NCBI GenBank assembly: GCA_028716045.1 | Contig: JAQUQO010000001.1 | Coordinates: forward strand, 192,942-256,941 | Reading direction: 5' to 3' | Length of the DNA stretch: 64,000 bases | Source of the DNA: Patescibacteria group bacterium | GTDB lineage: Bacteria > Patescibacteriota > Patescibacteriia > JAQUQO01 | Part shown: piece after piece, positions 1 through 9,329 of the stretch | How the letters are laid out: every line of letters starts with the position of its first letter | Numbering within the stretch: the stretch's first letter is position 1 | Translations under genes and position numbers: made by a program | Notes under the pieces: generated by a model | Databases searched by the model: none | What the model was told of the DNA's origin: nothing | The model's input: only the letters and a program-made list of their open reading frames with translations

Positions 1-492
1 GTTTGGAAATCAGCGTCTACGCCACGGTGGTTTACGAGATAAAATAGCTGATAGCTAACAGACTACCGACTACAGCTTATGAGTTTTAGATTTGAAAATT
101 TAGAAATTTGGCAATTAAGTCGTTCTTTTGCGGGAGAAATTTACAGAAAAACCAAGAATTTCCCCAAAGAAGAAATTTTTGGGTTAGTTTCTCAATTAAG
201 ACGTGCCGCCATTTCTATTGTTTTAAATATCGCAGAGGGGAGTGATAGAAAGTCGGATATGGAATTTATTAGATTTTTAAGAATATCCGTTGCTTCTTTA
301 GATGAGGTTATTGCCGCTTTGTATATTGCTTTAGATCAAGAGTTTATGATGAAAGATGACTTTGATGCGCTTTATGCAGAAGCAAATATGTTGGCGGCTA
401 AGATAAATGCTTTGGTAAATTCAATTAAGAAATAATTATATTGGTTAGCGGTTTTAGCTGTAGTCAGTAAGCCGTAGACCGTAAGCTTTTTT
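1..492. repeat. Imperfect inverted repeats built of GACTAC/GTCTAC units bracketing the four-helix-bundle ORF. Left arm (1-78) reads ...cgtctacgcc...agactaccgactacagc; right arm (436-492) reads gctgtagtcagtaagccgtagaccgtaagc.
   Basis: Read directly: the reverse complement of the right arm carries the same ordered GTCTAC ... GACTAC-GACTAC-AGC modules as the left arm. The same family recurs at 4975-5047. The left arm may extend beyond the window start. Confidence 0.5.
79..435 (+). CDS. Four-helix-bundle protein (family of the so-called 23S rRNA-intervening-sequence / 'S23 ribosomal' proteins)
   Basis: 118 aa with the characteristic N-terminus FxxLxVWQxS...SIxxNIAEG of the TIGR02436-type four-helix-bundle proteins. 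Nested between inverted repeats. Confidence 0.7.
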   Translation: MSFRFENLEIWQLSRSFAGEIYRKTKNFPKEEIFGLVSQLRRAAISIVLNIAEGSDRKSDMEFIRFLRISVASLDEVIAALYIALDQEFMMKDDFDALYAEANMLAAKINALVNSIKK

Positions 493-1767
493 ATGAAAAT
501 TAAACAAATCCATGCCCGCGAAATTCTCGATTCCCGCGGTAATCCCACTATATCTGTGAAAGTAATTTTAACTGACGGAACGGTTGGCGTTGCTTCGGTT
601 CCTTCGGGCGCTTCCACCGGAGTACACGAGGCCTTGGAATTGCGCGATGGTGATAAAAAAAGATACGGCGGTAAGGGCGTGTTAAGGGCGGTAAATAATG
701 TTAATAAGAAAATATTTCCCAGATTGAAAGGAATGAATATTATAAACCAGCGGGAAATTGACGAGAAAATACTCAAGCTTGACGGCACGAAAAACAAAAG
801 CCGACTGGGAGCTAATGCGATTTTGGGGGTGTCTTTGGCTTGCGCCCATGCGGGAGCTAATTATAAAAAACAGCCGCTCTATAGATATATTCGTGGCGTT
901 TACCGTTTAAAATATAAGGGCTGGAAATTGCCCGTTCCGACCATGAATATTATTAACGGCGGCAAACACGCGGATAACAATTTGTCCCTGCAGGAATTTA
1001 TGATTGTTCCGCTTGGCAAGAAGATGAAAGAGCGGGTGAGAGTCGGCGCCGAGATATTTCAGGCGTTAAAGAAAATTCTCAAATCCAAAAAGCAAGTGAC
1101 GGCCGTGGGTGATGAAGGCGGTTTCGCGCCGAATTTAAAAAGCAACGAAGCGGCGTTTGAACTCATTATCCAAGCGATTAAAAAAGCTGGCTATAAATTA
1201 GGCAAAGACGTGGCTACTGCCTGCGATGTGGCGGCTTCGGAATTTCATAATGATAAAACCGGCGGCTATCGCTGGGATAAAGCGGATTGGAATAAAACCG
1301 GCAAAGTCAGAGAATTGTTTTACAAAGATTTAATCGCTAAATATAAAGCGTGGCCGAAAAAATACGGCGTAATTTCCATTGAAGACGGGCTGGCGGAAGA
1401 CGACTGGGAAAATTGGCGGAAGATGACCAGCCAAATCGGCAAAAAAGTGATTTTGGTCGGCGATGATTTATTTGTGACCAATAGCGAGAGGTTGCGGCAG
1501 GGGATAAAGACGGGAGTGGCCAATGCCATTTTAATCAAAGTCAATCAAATCGGGACTTTATCGGAAACGATTGACGCGATAAAATTAGCGCAGAAGCATG
1601 GCTATAAAACCAGCATTTCCCATCGTTCGGGCGAGACAGCTGACACCACCATCGCTGATTTGGCCGTGGCAGTCAATTCGGAATTTATCAAAACCGGTTC
1701 GCTGTCCCGCAGTGAGCGAGTGGAAAAATATAATCGGTTAATGGAAATTGAGGAGGAATTAAGATAA
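493..1767 (+). CDS. eno: Enolase (phosphopyruvate hydratase)
   Basis: 424 aa. N-terminus [19 protein letters not shown] and overall enolase motifs. Confidence 0.95.
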   Translation: MKIKQIHAREILDSRGNPTISVKVILTDGTVGVASVPSGASTGVHEALELRDGDKKRYGGKGVLRAVNNVNKKIFPRLKGMNIINQREIDEKILKLDGTKNKSRLGANAILGVSLACAHAGANYKKQPLYRYIRGVYRLKYKGWKLPVPTMNIINGGKHADNNLSLQEFMIVPLGKKMKERVRVGAEIFQALKKILKSKKQVTAVGDEGGFAPNLKSNEAAFELIIQAIKKAGYKLGKDVATACDVAASEFHNDKTGGYRWDKADWNKTGKVRELFYKDLIAKYKAWPKKYGVISIEDGLAEDDWENWRKMTSQIGKKVILVGDDLFVTNSERLRQGIKTGVANAILIKVNQIGTLSETIDAIKLAQKHGYKTSISHRSGETADTTIADLAVAVNSEFIKTGSLSRSERVEKYNRLMEIEEELR

Positions 1768-1789
1768 TGCTTAAACAAGTATTTTAAAT

Positions 1790-2668
1790 ATGAAAGAAAA
1801 ACCCCAAGAAAGACCTGAACTTAATCCTTCGCCCGAGTTTGATGTCGGACAGGAATGTGAAAGAGCTGGTTTTAAAATTGAAGATTATCCGGATTTAGCA
1901 GAACGTCTTACTGAACTTAACCAGACCGAATATCCGCATTTCAAAGATGCGGTGATTATGTCAAGAATTATTAAAGCTCTGGCCCAGCCGCTCAATGAAA
2001 AACTTAGATTAAACCTCTCTCCGCAAAAACTTGAAATAACTGCCCTTCTCCATGATATCGGCAAAAGCGGGCCGGCTGACGCCAATTCCGAGGAACGTTT
2101 ATTCGTGGCCGGTGTTATGTTTAACAATAAAAAATTCACGGGGATGAAAGAACTAACCATTAAAGAAGCCTTGAAACGTGAAAAGATTAAATTAAGCCCC
2201 TCTGGCGGTTCTTTTTTCACCCGTTTGGGCATTGATATCGGCAAAGAAAAGATGCAAGAATTTTGGGCGCGCCATATTTATTGGACCTACGATATTTTAA
2301 AAGAGAACAAGATTTTGGAAAAGGGCAAAAGCAAGTGGTTAGATGAGGAAATTATCAATACTGCCGCTTCGCACCATTTGCTCGAAGGACATAATCCGGC
2401 CAAGATTAATTTGGAAGAAGGGCATGGCGGCGCGGCAGCCATTGAAAGCATTGACCGTTATCAGTTGCTAATTTTAGTTGATAAATACCAGGCCTTTCGG
2501 GAACGAAGTTCTCAAACTCACGAAGAAGCAATCAAGATTCTAAAATTTTTGATTAATCAAAAATTGTCAGATGGTATCATCACCCCAAAGATGCACGAAA
2601 CATATACGACAATTCTTGACCTTTTGAATAAAGAGAAGGACAAAATTATTCCGCTTGTCTTTCCCTGA
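1790..2668 (+). CDS. HD-domain phosphohydrolase-family protein
   Basis: ALLHDIGK motif typical of HD domains; 292 aa. Confidence 0.55.
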   Translation: MKEKPQERPELNPSPEFDVGQECERAGFKIEDYPDLAERLTELNQTEYPHFKDAVIMSRIIKALAQPLNEKLRLNLSPQKLEITALLHDIGKSGPADANSEERLFVAGVMFNNKKFTGMKELTIKEALKREKIKLSPSGGSFFTRLGIDIGKEKMQEFWARHIYWTYDILKENKILEKGKSKWLDEEIINTAASHHLLEGHNPAKINLEEGHGGAAAIESIDRYQLLILVDKYQAFRERSSQTHEEAIKILKFLINQKLSDGIITPKMHETYTTILDLLNKEKDKIIPLVFP

Positions 2669-2683
2669 TAATCTTTTAGTGTT

Positions 2684-2711
2684 TTGACATTTTTTAAAAT
2701 TGACGTATATT
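2684..2711 (+). promoter_or_regulatory. Sigma70-like promoter (TTGACA-16-TATATT) for the 2792 gene
   Basis: Read directly; followed by RBS gaaaggag 8 nt before the ATG. Confidence 0.5.
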
Positions 2712-2791
2712 AAGAGAGGAGAGTCAAAAAAGACGTTCTTTTATAAAGAAAATTTTGGAGAGAAATTATTTAAACCAGAAAGGAGAAGTCA

Positions 2792-3280
2792 ATGAAAGCT
2801 TTTAAGATGGTGGTTATTATCGTTAATTTGGCGATTATTATGCTTTTGATTCAAGGAAGCGTCGCCGTGCAATCCAAAACCCCCTCGCCTTTGCCCGAGG
2901 AAAAAGCCGAGGTAATGCTTGCCTTCGTCAGTTGCAATTTTGACACCGAAAGCGGCTGCCCGGGGAAAAACCAGATATGTTGCAGGGACTGGTGTGTGCC
3001 CAAAGATCAGTGTGCCAGTTTTTTAAACAGATTGGAGGGGTCAAAACAGAATCAGCAAGCAAGTAATTCGCAAGACAGTAAAATCGAGCAGGTTAAAAAT
3101 TTTGATTGCCAGCAGTTAAAAGAGATTATTGCTAACGATCCGGACATCCTGAAAAAAGTAACTAAGGCTATTGAAGCCAAAAAAAGCAAGTCTGCCGCTC
3201 CTACCAAGGAGGAGCAAAAGATGTCGCCTGACAGAAGTACCGGCTACTTTTGTAACGGCTGGCGATGCGAGTATCGTTGA
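2792..3280 (+). CDS. Small secreted cysteine-rich protein (signal peptide, 10 Cys)
   Basis: N-terminal hydrophobic signal peptide; Cys-rich mature region; no recognisable family. Confidence 0.5.
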   Translation: MKAFKMVVIIVNLAIIMLLIQGSVAVQSKTPSPLPEEKAEVMLAFVSCNFDTESGCPGKNQICCRDWCVPKDQCASFLNRLEGSKQNQQASNSQDSKIEQVKNFDCQQLKEIIANDPDILKKVTKAIEAKKSKSAAPTKEEQKMSPDRSTGYFCNGWRCEYR

Positions 3281-3303
3281 CAGTACATTTTGAGTTTATT
3301 AAA

Positions 3304-3340
3304 ACACCGCCCTTATTATAAACGGGCGGTTTTTATTTTT
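3304..3340 (+). terminator. Rho-independent terminator
   Basis: accgccc...gggcggt stem followed by a T-run. Confidence 0.6.
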
Positions 3341-3357
3341 GAAAAAATCGCTGATAT

Positions 3358-4968
3358 TTGCTATTATTCATTCATAATATGATTAAACGCGGAAAGATTA
3401 GAAAAAATAAGAACAATAGCCCGTTGGTTTTGATTATTCTTGACGGCTGGGGTTTATCTAAAGAAAAAAAGGGTAATGCCATTGCCTTGGCTAATCCCAA
3501 AAATTTCAATCATTTTTGGGATAATTATTGGCACACCACTTTGTTTGCTCACGGTAAAAACGTTGGCCTTTTGCCAAATCAAGAAGGCAATTCCGAGGCC
3601 GGTCATTTGAATATCGGCGCTGGCAGAATCGTCAAACAGGACGTGGTTTATATTAACGAAGCGATTAAGAACGGAACTTTTTTTAAGAATACCGCTTTTA
3701 AAGAGACCTTAAAATACGCGAAAAAACATAATAGCAAAGTTCATTTAATGGGTCTGCTTTCTAATGGTCAAAGCGCGCACGCTTATCCTTTACATTTATA
3801 TTCTTTATTGAAGTTAGTTCATGAGTCGGGTATAAAAAAAGTTTTTCTGCACCTTTTTACCGATGGGCGCGATACGACCCGCTTTGCCGCTCCGCGGCTG
3901 ATTAAAGAATTAAAACAACGGATGTTTCCAGAACAAAAAATCGCTTCCATCATCGGGCGTTTTTACGCCATGGACCGGAATAAATATTGGGAAAGAACTG
4001 AAGCCGCTTATAACGCTATGGTTTTAGGCAAGGGTCTTAAGGCAAAAAATGAAATGGAAGCTATCACTTCCGCTTATAATCGCGGAGAAACGGATGAGTT
4101 TATCAAACCGACAGTTATCGTTAACGCCGCCGGAAAGCCCTTGACAACGATTGGCGATAAGGACGCCGTAATATTTTTTAATTTACGAAGTGACAGGGCA
4201 AGACAGCTCGCCAAGCCGTTTGTGCAGGCGAATTTCGAAAAAAGTAATGGCCGGGTTTTCAAAAGAAAAAAAGTTTTAAAAAATATCCGTTTTTGCGCTT
4301 TGACTGATTTTGGTCCGGACCTAAATCACATTTGGACGGCTTTTCCAAGCCATAACGTGGAAAAAAGTTTGCCGTTTGTTTTGGGGAAAAATAGTTTAAG
4401 ACAGCTCTATATCGCTGAAAGTGAAAAATACGCCCACATCACTTATTTTATCAACGGTGGCCATGCTGACCCAATCGGTAAAGAAGAGAGAATGAGGATT
4501 CCTTCTCCCCATGTTGACAGTTATGATAAGATTCCAGAGATGAGTGCTTTTAAAATAGCCAGTCGGGCAGTGGGGGCTTTAAAGTCTGGCAAATATAATT
4601 TTATAGCGGTTAATTTCGCTAATCCGGATATGGTGGGCCATACAGGAAATTTAGCGGCCGCAGTTAAGGCCATAAAAGCGGTTGATGAATGTATTGGTAA
4701 AATTTCCCGTGAGGCGGTTAGCAACGGCGGTTTGGCAATTATTACCGCCGACCATGGAAACGCGGAGAGCATGTATGATAAAAGTAAAAAAGAAATTTTG
4801 ACGGAGCATTCAAGAAATCCGGTACCATTTATTTTGGCCGGCAAGAAATATAAATTTAAAAAGGGAAAGAAAATATCCAAAGGTATTTTGGCAGATATAA
4901 CACCGACTATTTTAAAGATTTTAAATATATCAAAACCAAGAGAAATGGCAGGGAAAAGTTTAGTCTAA
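3358..4968 (+). CDS. gpmI: 2,3-bisphosphoglycerate-independent phosphoglycerate mutase (iPGM), paralog 1
   Basis: LIILDGWGL...GNSEAGHLNIGAGRIV; 536 aa. Confidence 0.85.
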   Translation: MLLFIHNMIKRGKIRKNKNNSPLVLIILDGWGLSKEKKGNAIALANPKNFNHFWDNYWHTTLFAHGKNVGLLPNQEGNSEAGHLNIGAGRIVKQDVVYINEAIKNGTFFKNTAFKETLKYAKKHNSKVHLMGLLSNGQSAHAYPLHLYSLLKLVHESGIKKVFLHLFTDGRDTTRFAAPRLIKELKQRMFPEQKIASIIGRFYAMDRNKYWERTEAAYNAMVLGKGLKAKNEMEAITSAYNRGETDEFIKPTVIVNAAGKPLTTIGDKDAVIFFNLRSDRARQLAKPFVQANFEKSNGRVFKRKKVLKNIRFCALTDFGPDLNHIWTAFPSHNVEKSLPFVLGKNSLRQLYIAESEKYAHITYFINGGHADPIGKEERMRIPSPHVDSYDKIPEMSAFKIASRAVGALKSGKYNFIAVNFANPDMVGHTGNLAAAVKAIKAVDECIGKISREAVSNGGLAIITADHGNAESMYDKSKKEILTEHSRNPVPFILAGKKYKFKKGKKISKGILADITPTILKILNISKPREMAGKSLV

Positions 4969-4974
4969 TTAATC

Positions 4975-5047
4975 GCTAATAGCTAATGGACTACGAACTA
5001 CCGTCGAAACTGCTGCCGTAGTCGGTAGTCCATAAGCTCTAAGCTAA
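4975..5047. repeat. Empty copy of the GACTAC-unit palindromic element: gctaatagctaatggactacgaactaccg - loop - cgtagtcggtagtcc...
   Basis: Imperfect hairpin; the left arm is near-identical to the left flank of the four-helix-bundle gene (gctRatagctaa..gactacNgactac). Confidence 0.55.
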
Positions 5048-5050
5048 TCT

Positions 5051-6640
5051 ATGAATGAAGTAATAAAAATTCCAAAACCGATTGTTCTCATTATTCTTGA
5101 TGGTTGGGGAGTGGCTCCGCCGGGCGCGGGCAATGCCATTACCGAGGCCGATACCCCCAATTTTGATAAAATGGTTAATTCATATCCAGCCATGGTTTTG
5201 AAAGCTTCCGGCGAGGTGGTTGGCTTGGGTGAAGGGGAGGCGGGTAATTCGGAAGCCGGTCATGCTACTATCGGCAGCGGGCGGATTTTTTATAAAGATT
5301 TAGTACGGATTAGCAAAACGATAAGGGAAGGCGTTTTGTTAAAAAACAAAAAATTACTCGGCGCTTTTAAACATGCCGCAAAACATAATTCCGACCTTCA
5401 TTTAGTCGGGCTTTTAAGTGACGGCGGTAAGGAAAGCCACAAAGAACATCTTTACGCCCTTTTAGATATGGCGCGCTCCGTGGGTTGGCAAGGAAAAATT
5501 TTTATCCATGCGCTTTTAGATGGTCGGGATGTGGCTTTTAATTCCGGAGAAGATTTTATCAAGGAATTACTGCAAAAGATGCCGCCGGAAGCGAAAATCA
5601 CTTCTCTTTGTGGGCGTTCTTACGCCCTAGACCGCGATGGCCATTGGGAGAAAACCGAAAAAGCTTATCGGGCCATCAGCGAAGGGAAAAGCGAGAAAAA
5701 TTTCAACGACGCTATCTCCGCCATTGAAAATTTTTATGAAAATAAAATTTACGATGAAGATATCCCGCCAATTGTTTTTACTGATGCTCAGGGGACGCCG
5801 TTGGGAAAGATAAAAGATAATGATGCGGTAATTTTCTTTAATTTCGGAATTAGCCGTCTTGAACAATTAATAAAAGCGTTTGCTGATAAAAGATTCAACA
5901 GTTTTAAAAAACAGCCGTTAAAAAATCTTCATTTGGTTTCTTTTTGGAGCCGAGACAGGGGGCTGGCGCTTTCTTTGCCTTTCCCCCGTGAAGTCGCCAG
6001 ACATTATTTAGCCAAAGAATTAAACGAGGCTGGATTGAAGCAGCTTCATGTTGCCGAAAGCGAAAAGTACGCCCACGCCACTTATTATTTTGACGCTTTT
6101 AACGAGGAAAAGGTAAAGGGAGAGGAGTGGGAGCTAATTCCTTCCAAGGGTTCCACGTGTATTGAAGAGCCGGCGATGAGCGCTCGGGAAATAAAAGACA
6201 GAGTGATACGCGCCATTAACAAAGGAGAAGAGGATTTTATAGTTCTAAATTTTGCCAACGCCGACATGCTCGGCCATTACGGGGATTTGGAGGCGGCCAA
6301 AAAGGGGATTGAAGTTTTGGATAAATGCATCGGAGAAATAAAAGAAACAGTTTTATCTAAAGATGGGGTGTTATTTATTGTTGGTAGCCATGGCAATGCC
6401 GAAGAAATTTTACATAGCGGCACCGGCCAAACGAAAAAGACCCATACCGCCAATCCGGTTCCTTTTCTGATTGTCGGCGATGCTTACGAAGGCAGAACCG
6501 GCGGAGTGGAAGTGCCCGGTGGAGACCTTTCTTTGGTAAAACCAGTCGGGAGTTTAATTGACGTCGCCCCGACCATTTTGAAGGTGATGAATCTAAAAAA
6601 GCCGAAAGAAATGAAGGGCAAATCTTTACTTAATAAATAA
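5051..6640 (+). CDS. gpmI: 2,3-bisphosphoglycerate-independent phosphoglycerate mutase (iPGM), paralog 2 (more canonical)
   Basis: IVLIILDGWGVAPPGAGNAITEADTPNFDKM...GNSEAGHATIGSGRIF; 529 aa. Confidence 0.9.
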   Translation: MNEVIKIPKPIVLIILDGWGVAPPGAGNAITEADTPNFDKMVNSYPAMVLKASGEVVGLGEGEAGNSEAGHATIGSGRIFYKDLVRISKTIREGVLLKNKKLLGAFKHAAKHNSDLHLVGLLSDGGKESHKEHLYALLDMARSVGWQGKIFIHALLDGRDVAFNSGEDFIKELLQKMPPEAKITSLCGRSYALDRDGHWEKTEKAYRAISEGKSEKNFNDAISAIENFYENKIYDEDIPPIVFTDAQGTPLGKIKDNDAVIFFNFGISRLEQLIKAFADKRFNSFKKQPLKNLHLVSFWSRDRGLALSLPFPREVARHYLAKELNEAGLKQLHVAESEKYAHATYYFDAFNEEKVKGEEWELIPSKGSTCIEEPAMSAREIKDRVIRAINKGEEDFIVLNFANADMLGHYGDLEAAKKGIEVLDKCIGEIKETVLSKDGVLFIVGSHGNAEEILHSGTGQTKKTHTANPVPFLIVGDAYEGRTGGVEVPGGDLSLVKPVGSLIDVAPTILKVMNLKKPKEMKGKSLLNK

Positions 6641-6650
6641 TCAAATATTT

Positions 6651-7100
6651 ATGAAAGTTAAAGACATAATGAAAAATGACATTGTTTCTATCAAAGTGGG
6701 CGCTACGCTTAAAGACGTAGCTCAGACATTGTTTAAAAAGCAGATTAGCGGGATTTTAGTAATGGCTGGCGAAAAATTAGTTGGTTTTGTTTCAGAAAAA
6801 GACATTTATCGTTTGCTTTATCCGCAGTATAATGATTATTATGAAAATCCGGAATTATCTACTGATTACGAGGATATGGAGAGTCGCGCTCAAGCGGTTA
6901 AGGATAAAAAAGTGGAAGAATTTATGAAAACGCCGGTGATTACACTCCGCCCTGATGACGCAGTAATGAGGGCCGGAGCTATTATGCTTTCCCGCAAACT
7001 AAATCGTTTGCCGGTGGTTGACGAGGAGGGGAAAGTTTTAGGAATAGTGAGCCGTCGCGATATTTATCACGCGATATTTAAAAAAGAATTAGGGATATAA
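6651..7100 (+). CDS. CBS-domain pair protein
   Basis: Two CBS-like segments (ISGILVM..., LPVVDEEGKVLGIVSRRDI). Confidence 0.7.
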   Translation: MKVKDIMKNDIVSIKVGATLKDVAQTLFKKQISGILVMAGEKLVGFVSEKDIYRLLYPQYNDYYENPELSTDYEDMESRAQAVKDKKVEEFMKTPVITLRPDDAVMRAGAIMLSRKLNRLPVVDEEGKVLGIVSRRDIYHAIFKKELGI

Positions 7101-7123
7101 ATTTTTAAGTTCAATTTATTATT

Positions 7124-7984
7124 ATGCCGGAGCTTCCGGAAGTGGAAACTATACGCCGTGATTTAGATTTGAAGTTAAGGGGTAAAAAGATAAGGGATAT
7201 CGCCACCGATAATCCCAAAATGTTTACCCCCAATTTTAATTCTGTCAGAAGGAAGGTAAAGGGCCGTGAGATTAAAAAGATAGAAAGACGCGCTAAAATG
7301 TTGATTATGGGATTAAACGGCGGGATTTTTCTTCTTTTCCACTTGAAAATGACCGGCCAGCTGGTTTATGTCCGCCAAGCGAAAATTACCGCCGGCGGGC
7401 ATCCGATCACGGGGGAGAGAGATTTGCCGAATAAATTCACACACGCCATTTTTTATTTTAATGATAAAAGTATTTTGTATTTTAATGACGTGCGGAAGTT
7501 CGGTTATATAAAATTGGTGGACGGAAAAGGATCGGAAAAAATTGAGGCGGGGATAGGGATAGAACCATTGGAGAAAGAGTTCACTTTGAAGAAATTTATT
7601 GAGCTTGTAAAAAAATATCCCCGCGGAAAAATCAAGCAAGTTTTAATGAGGCAGGAGCTGATTGCCGGCATTGGCAATATTTATTCTGACGAGATTTGTT
7701 TTTTTGCCAAGGTGAAACCAGCGCGGACAGTGGCGAGTTTGTCGGCAGCGGATTTTAAAAAACTTTTTCAGGGCATAAAAAAGATTTTACAGTCAGCCAT
7801 TAAGAATCGCGGGACTTCTTTCAACACCTACGTAGACGCGAGAGGGGAAAAGGGTAATTTTGTGCCCTTGCTTAAAGTTTACGGGCGGGCCGGAGCCAAG
7901 TGCCGTCGCGGGGACGGGGGAGTCATTAAAAAAATAAAGCTAGGCGGCAGAAGCTCGTGTTTTTGCCCGGTTTGCCAAAAATAG
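7124..7984 (+). CDS. mutM: Formamidopyrimidine-DNA glycosylase
   Basis: N-terminal MPELPEVE and C-terminal zinc finger CRRGDGG...CFCPVCQ. Confidence 0.9.
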   Translation: MPELPEVETIRRDLDLKLRGKKIRDIATDNPKMFTPNFNSVRRKVKGREIKKIERRAKMLIMGLNGGIFLLFHLKMTGQLVYVRQAKITAGGHPITGERDLPNKFTHAIFYFNDKSILYFNDVRKFGYIKLVDGKGSEKIEAGIGIEPLEKEFTLKKFIELVKKYPRGKIKQVLMRQELIAGIGNIYSDEICFFAKVKPARTVASLSAADFKKLFQGIKKILQSAIKNRGTSFNTYVDARGEKGNFVPLLKVYGRAGAKCRRGDGGVIKKIKLGGRSSCFCPVCQK

Positions 7985-8007
7985 GAATGTTATTTTTGAA
8001 AAGAACC

Positions 8008-8045
8008 CCCGGGCGTTGACTAACGTCCGGATTTTTTATATAACT
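8008..8045 (+). terminator. mutM terminator hairpin whose loop (TTGACT) doubles as the -35 of the thiI promoter (TTGACT-17-TATAAC)
   Basis: ccgggcg-ttgactaa-cgtccgg then T-run; spacing to TATAAC read directly. Confidence 0.5.
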
Positions 8046-8050
8046 AAAAC

Positions 8051-9208
8051 ATGGTCAAACATATTTTAATACATTACAGTGAAATTGGGTTGAAAGGGGG
8101 CAATCGGGATTTTTTTGAGAAGAAACTAATCTGCAACATCCAAATGGCCCTCGGCGATTTTGATGTTAGGATTAAGAATATTTTTGGGAGATTGCTCTTG
8201 ACTGGAGAATGGCAAGATGAAACGGAAGTGAGTGAAAAGTTATCGCGCGTTTTTGGTATTGCTTATTTTTCTTTTGCTTATTTGGTTAGGTCCGATTTGG
8301 AATCTATTAAAAAAGAGTCGCTGCGTCTTTTAAAAAATCGGGATTTTAAAACTTTTGCCGTGCGAGCGCGGCGGGGTACTAAGAATTTCCCGCTGAAATC
8401 TTTGGAAATAGAGCGGGAAGTCGGCGGTTATATTTTTGAATCTCTTGGTGATAAAAAAGTTAATCTAAAAAATCCGGATATCACTTGTCATATAGAAATA
8501 GTCAACGATTACGTTTTTATTTATTTTGACAAAATAAAAGGTCCGGGCGGATTGCCTGTGGGTACCGCCGGCAAACTAGTTTCCCTTATTTCCGGAGGAT
8601 TTGATTCGCCCGTGGCCTCCTGGCAGATGATGCGGCGCGGGGCGGAAATTATTTTTGTCCATTTTCACAGTTACCCGAATACTTCCAAGGGTTCCTTGGA
8701 AAAAGTCAGAGAGTTGGTTAAAATTTTGAGCCATTATCAGTTTGGCGCCAAATTATATCTTGTGCCGTTTTTAGATATTCAAAAAGAGATTTTTGCCAAC
8801 GCGCCGGAAAAATTAAGGATTGTTTTATATCGCCGGATGATGTTGCGATTAGCCGAAGCCATAGCCCAAAAAGAAAAAGCTTTAGGGCTTGTCACCGGCG
8901 ATAATTTGGGCCAAGTGGCCTCGCAGACATTGGAAAATATGTTGGCCATCGGCGCGGCGGTGTCATTGCCGATTTACCGGCCGCTTGTTTCCTGGGATAA
9001 GGAGGAAATTATAAACTTGGCTAAAAAAATCGGCACGCACGATATTTCCGCCGAACCATTTGACGATTGTTGCTCGCTGTTCGCACCGCGCCATCCGGAA
9101 ACAAGAGCGGATTTGAAAGAAGTGGGAGGGGCGGAAAAAAATTTGAATATTAAAGAAATAGTTGAAAAAACAATAGGGGAGATAGAAATAAGAGATATTG
9201 GATATTAA
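8051..9208 (+). CDS. thiI: tRNA 4-thiouridine synthase (ThiI; THUMP + PP-loop)
   Basis: ISGGFDSPVA PP-loop and overall ThiI architecture; 385 aa. Confidence 0.85.
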   Translation: MVKHILIHYSEIGLKGGNRDFFEKKLICNIQMALGDFDVRIKNIFGRLLLTGEWQDETEVSEKLSRVFGIAYFSFAYLVRSDLESIKKESLRLLKNRDFKTFAVRARRGTKNFPLKSLEIEREVGGYIFESLGDKKVNLKNPDITCHIEIVNDYVFIYFDKIKGPGGLPVGTAGKLVSLISGGFDSPVASWQMMRRGAEIIFVHFHSYPNTSKGSLEKVRELVKILSHYQFGAKLYLVPFLDIQKEIFANAPEKLRIVLYRRMMLRLAEAIAQKEKALGLVTGDNLGQVASQTLENMLAIGAAVSLPIYRPLVSWDKEEIINLAKKIGTHDISAEPFDDCCSLFAPRHPETRADLKEVGGAEKNLNIKEIVEKTIGEIEIRDIGY

Positions 9209-9268
9209 AATTAGTTGGTTCAATCTTAAAGATTGAACCAACTACTGTAATTTAGCTGTAATTTTAAA

Positions 9269-9326
9269 CTTGACCCGTCGGTCGCGACCGACGGGTCTTG
9301 ACGAAATTGTCAAAATGTGATATATT
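9269..9326 (+). promoter_or_regulatory. Hairpin-promoter module, copy A: cTTGAC-[gacccgtcggtcgcgaccgacgggtc]-TTGACG-17-TATATT
   Basis: Perfect 26-bp palindrome 9272-9297; -35 at 9298-9303; -10 at 9321-9326. Confidence 0.6.
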
Positions 9327-9329
9327 GAA

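Noticed and set aside
372-797. 141-aa minus-strand ORF spanning the eno start
   Set aside because: It overlaps the well-supported four-helix-bundle and enolase genes and has no RBS or promoter context.
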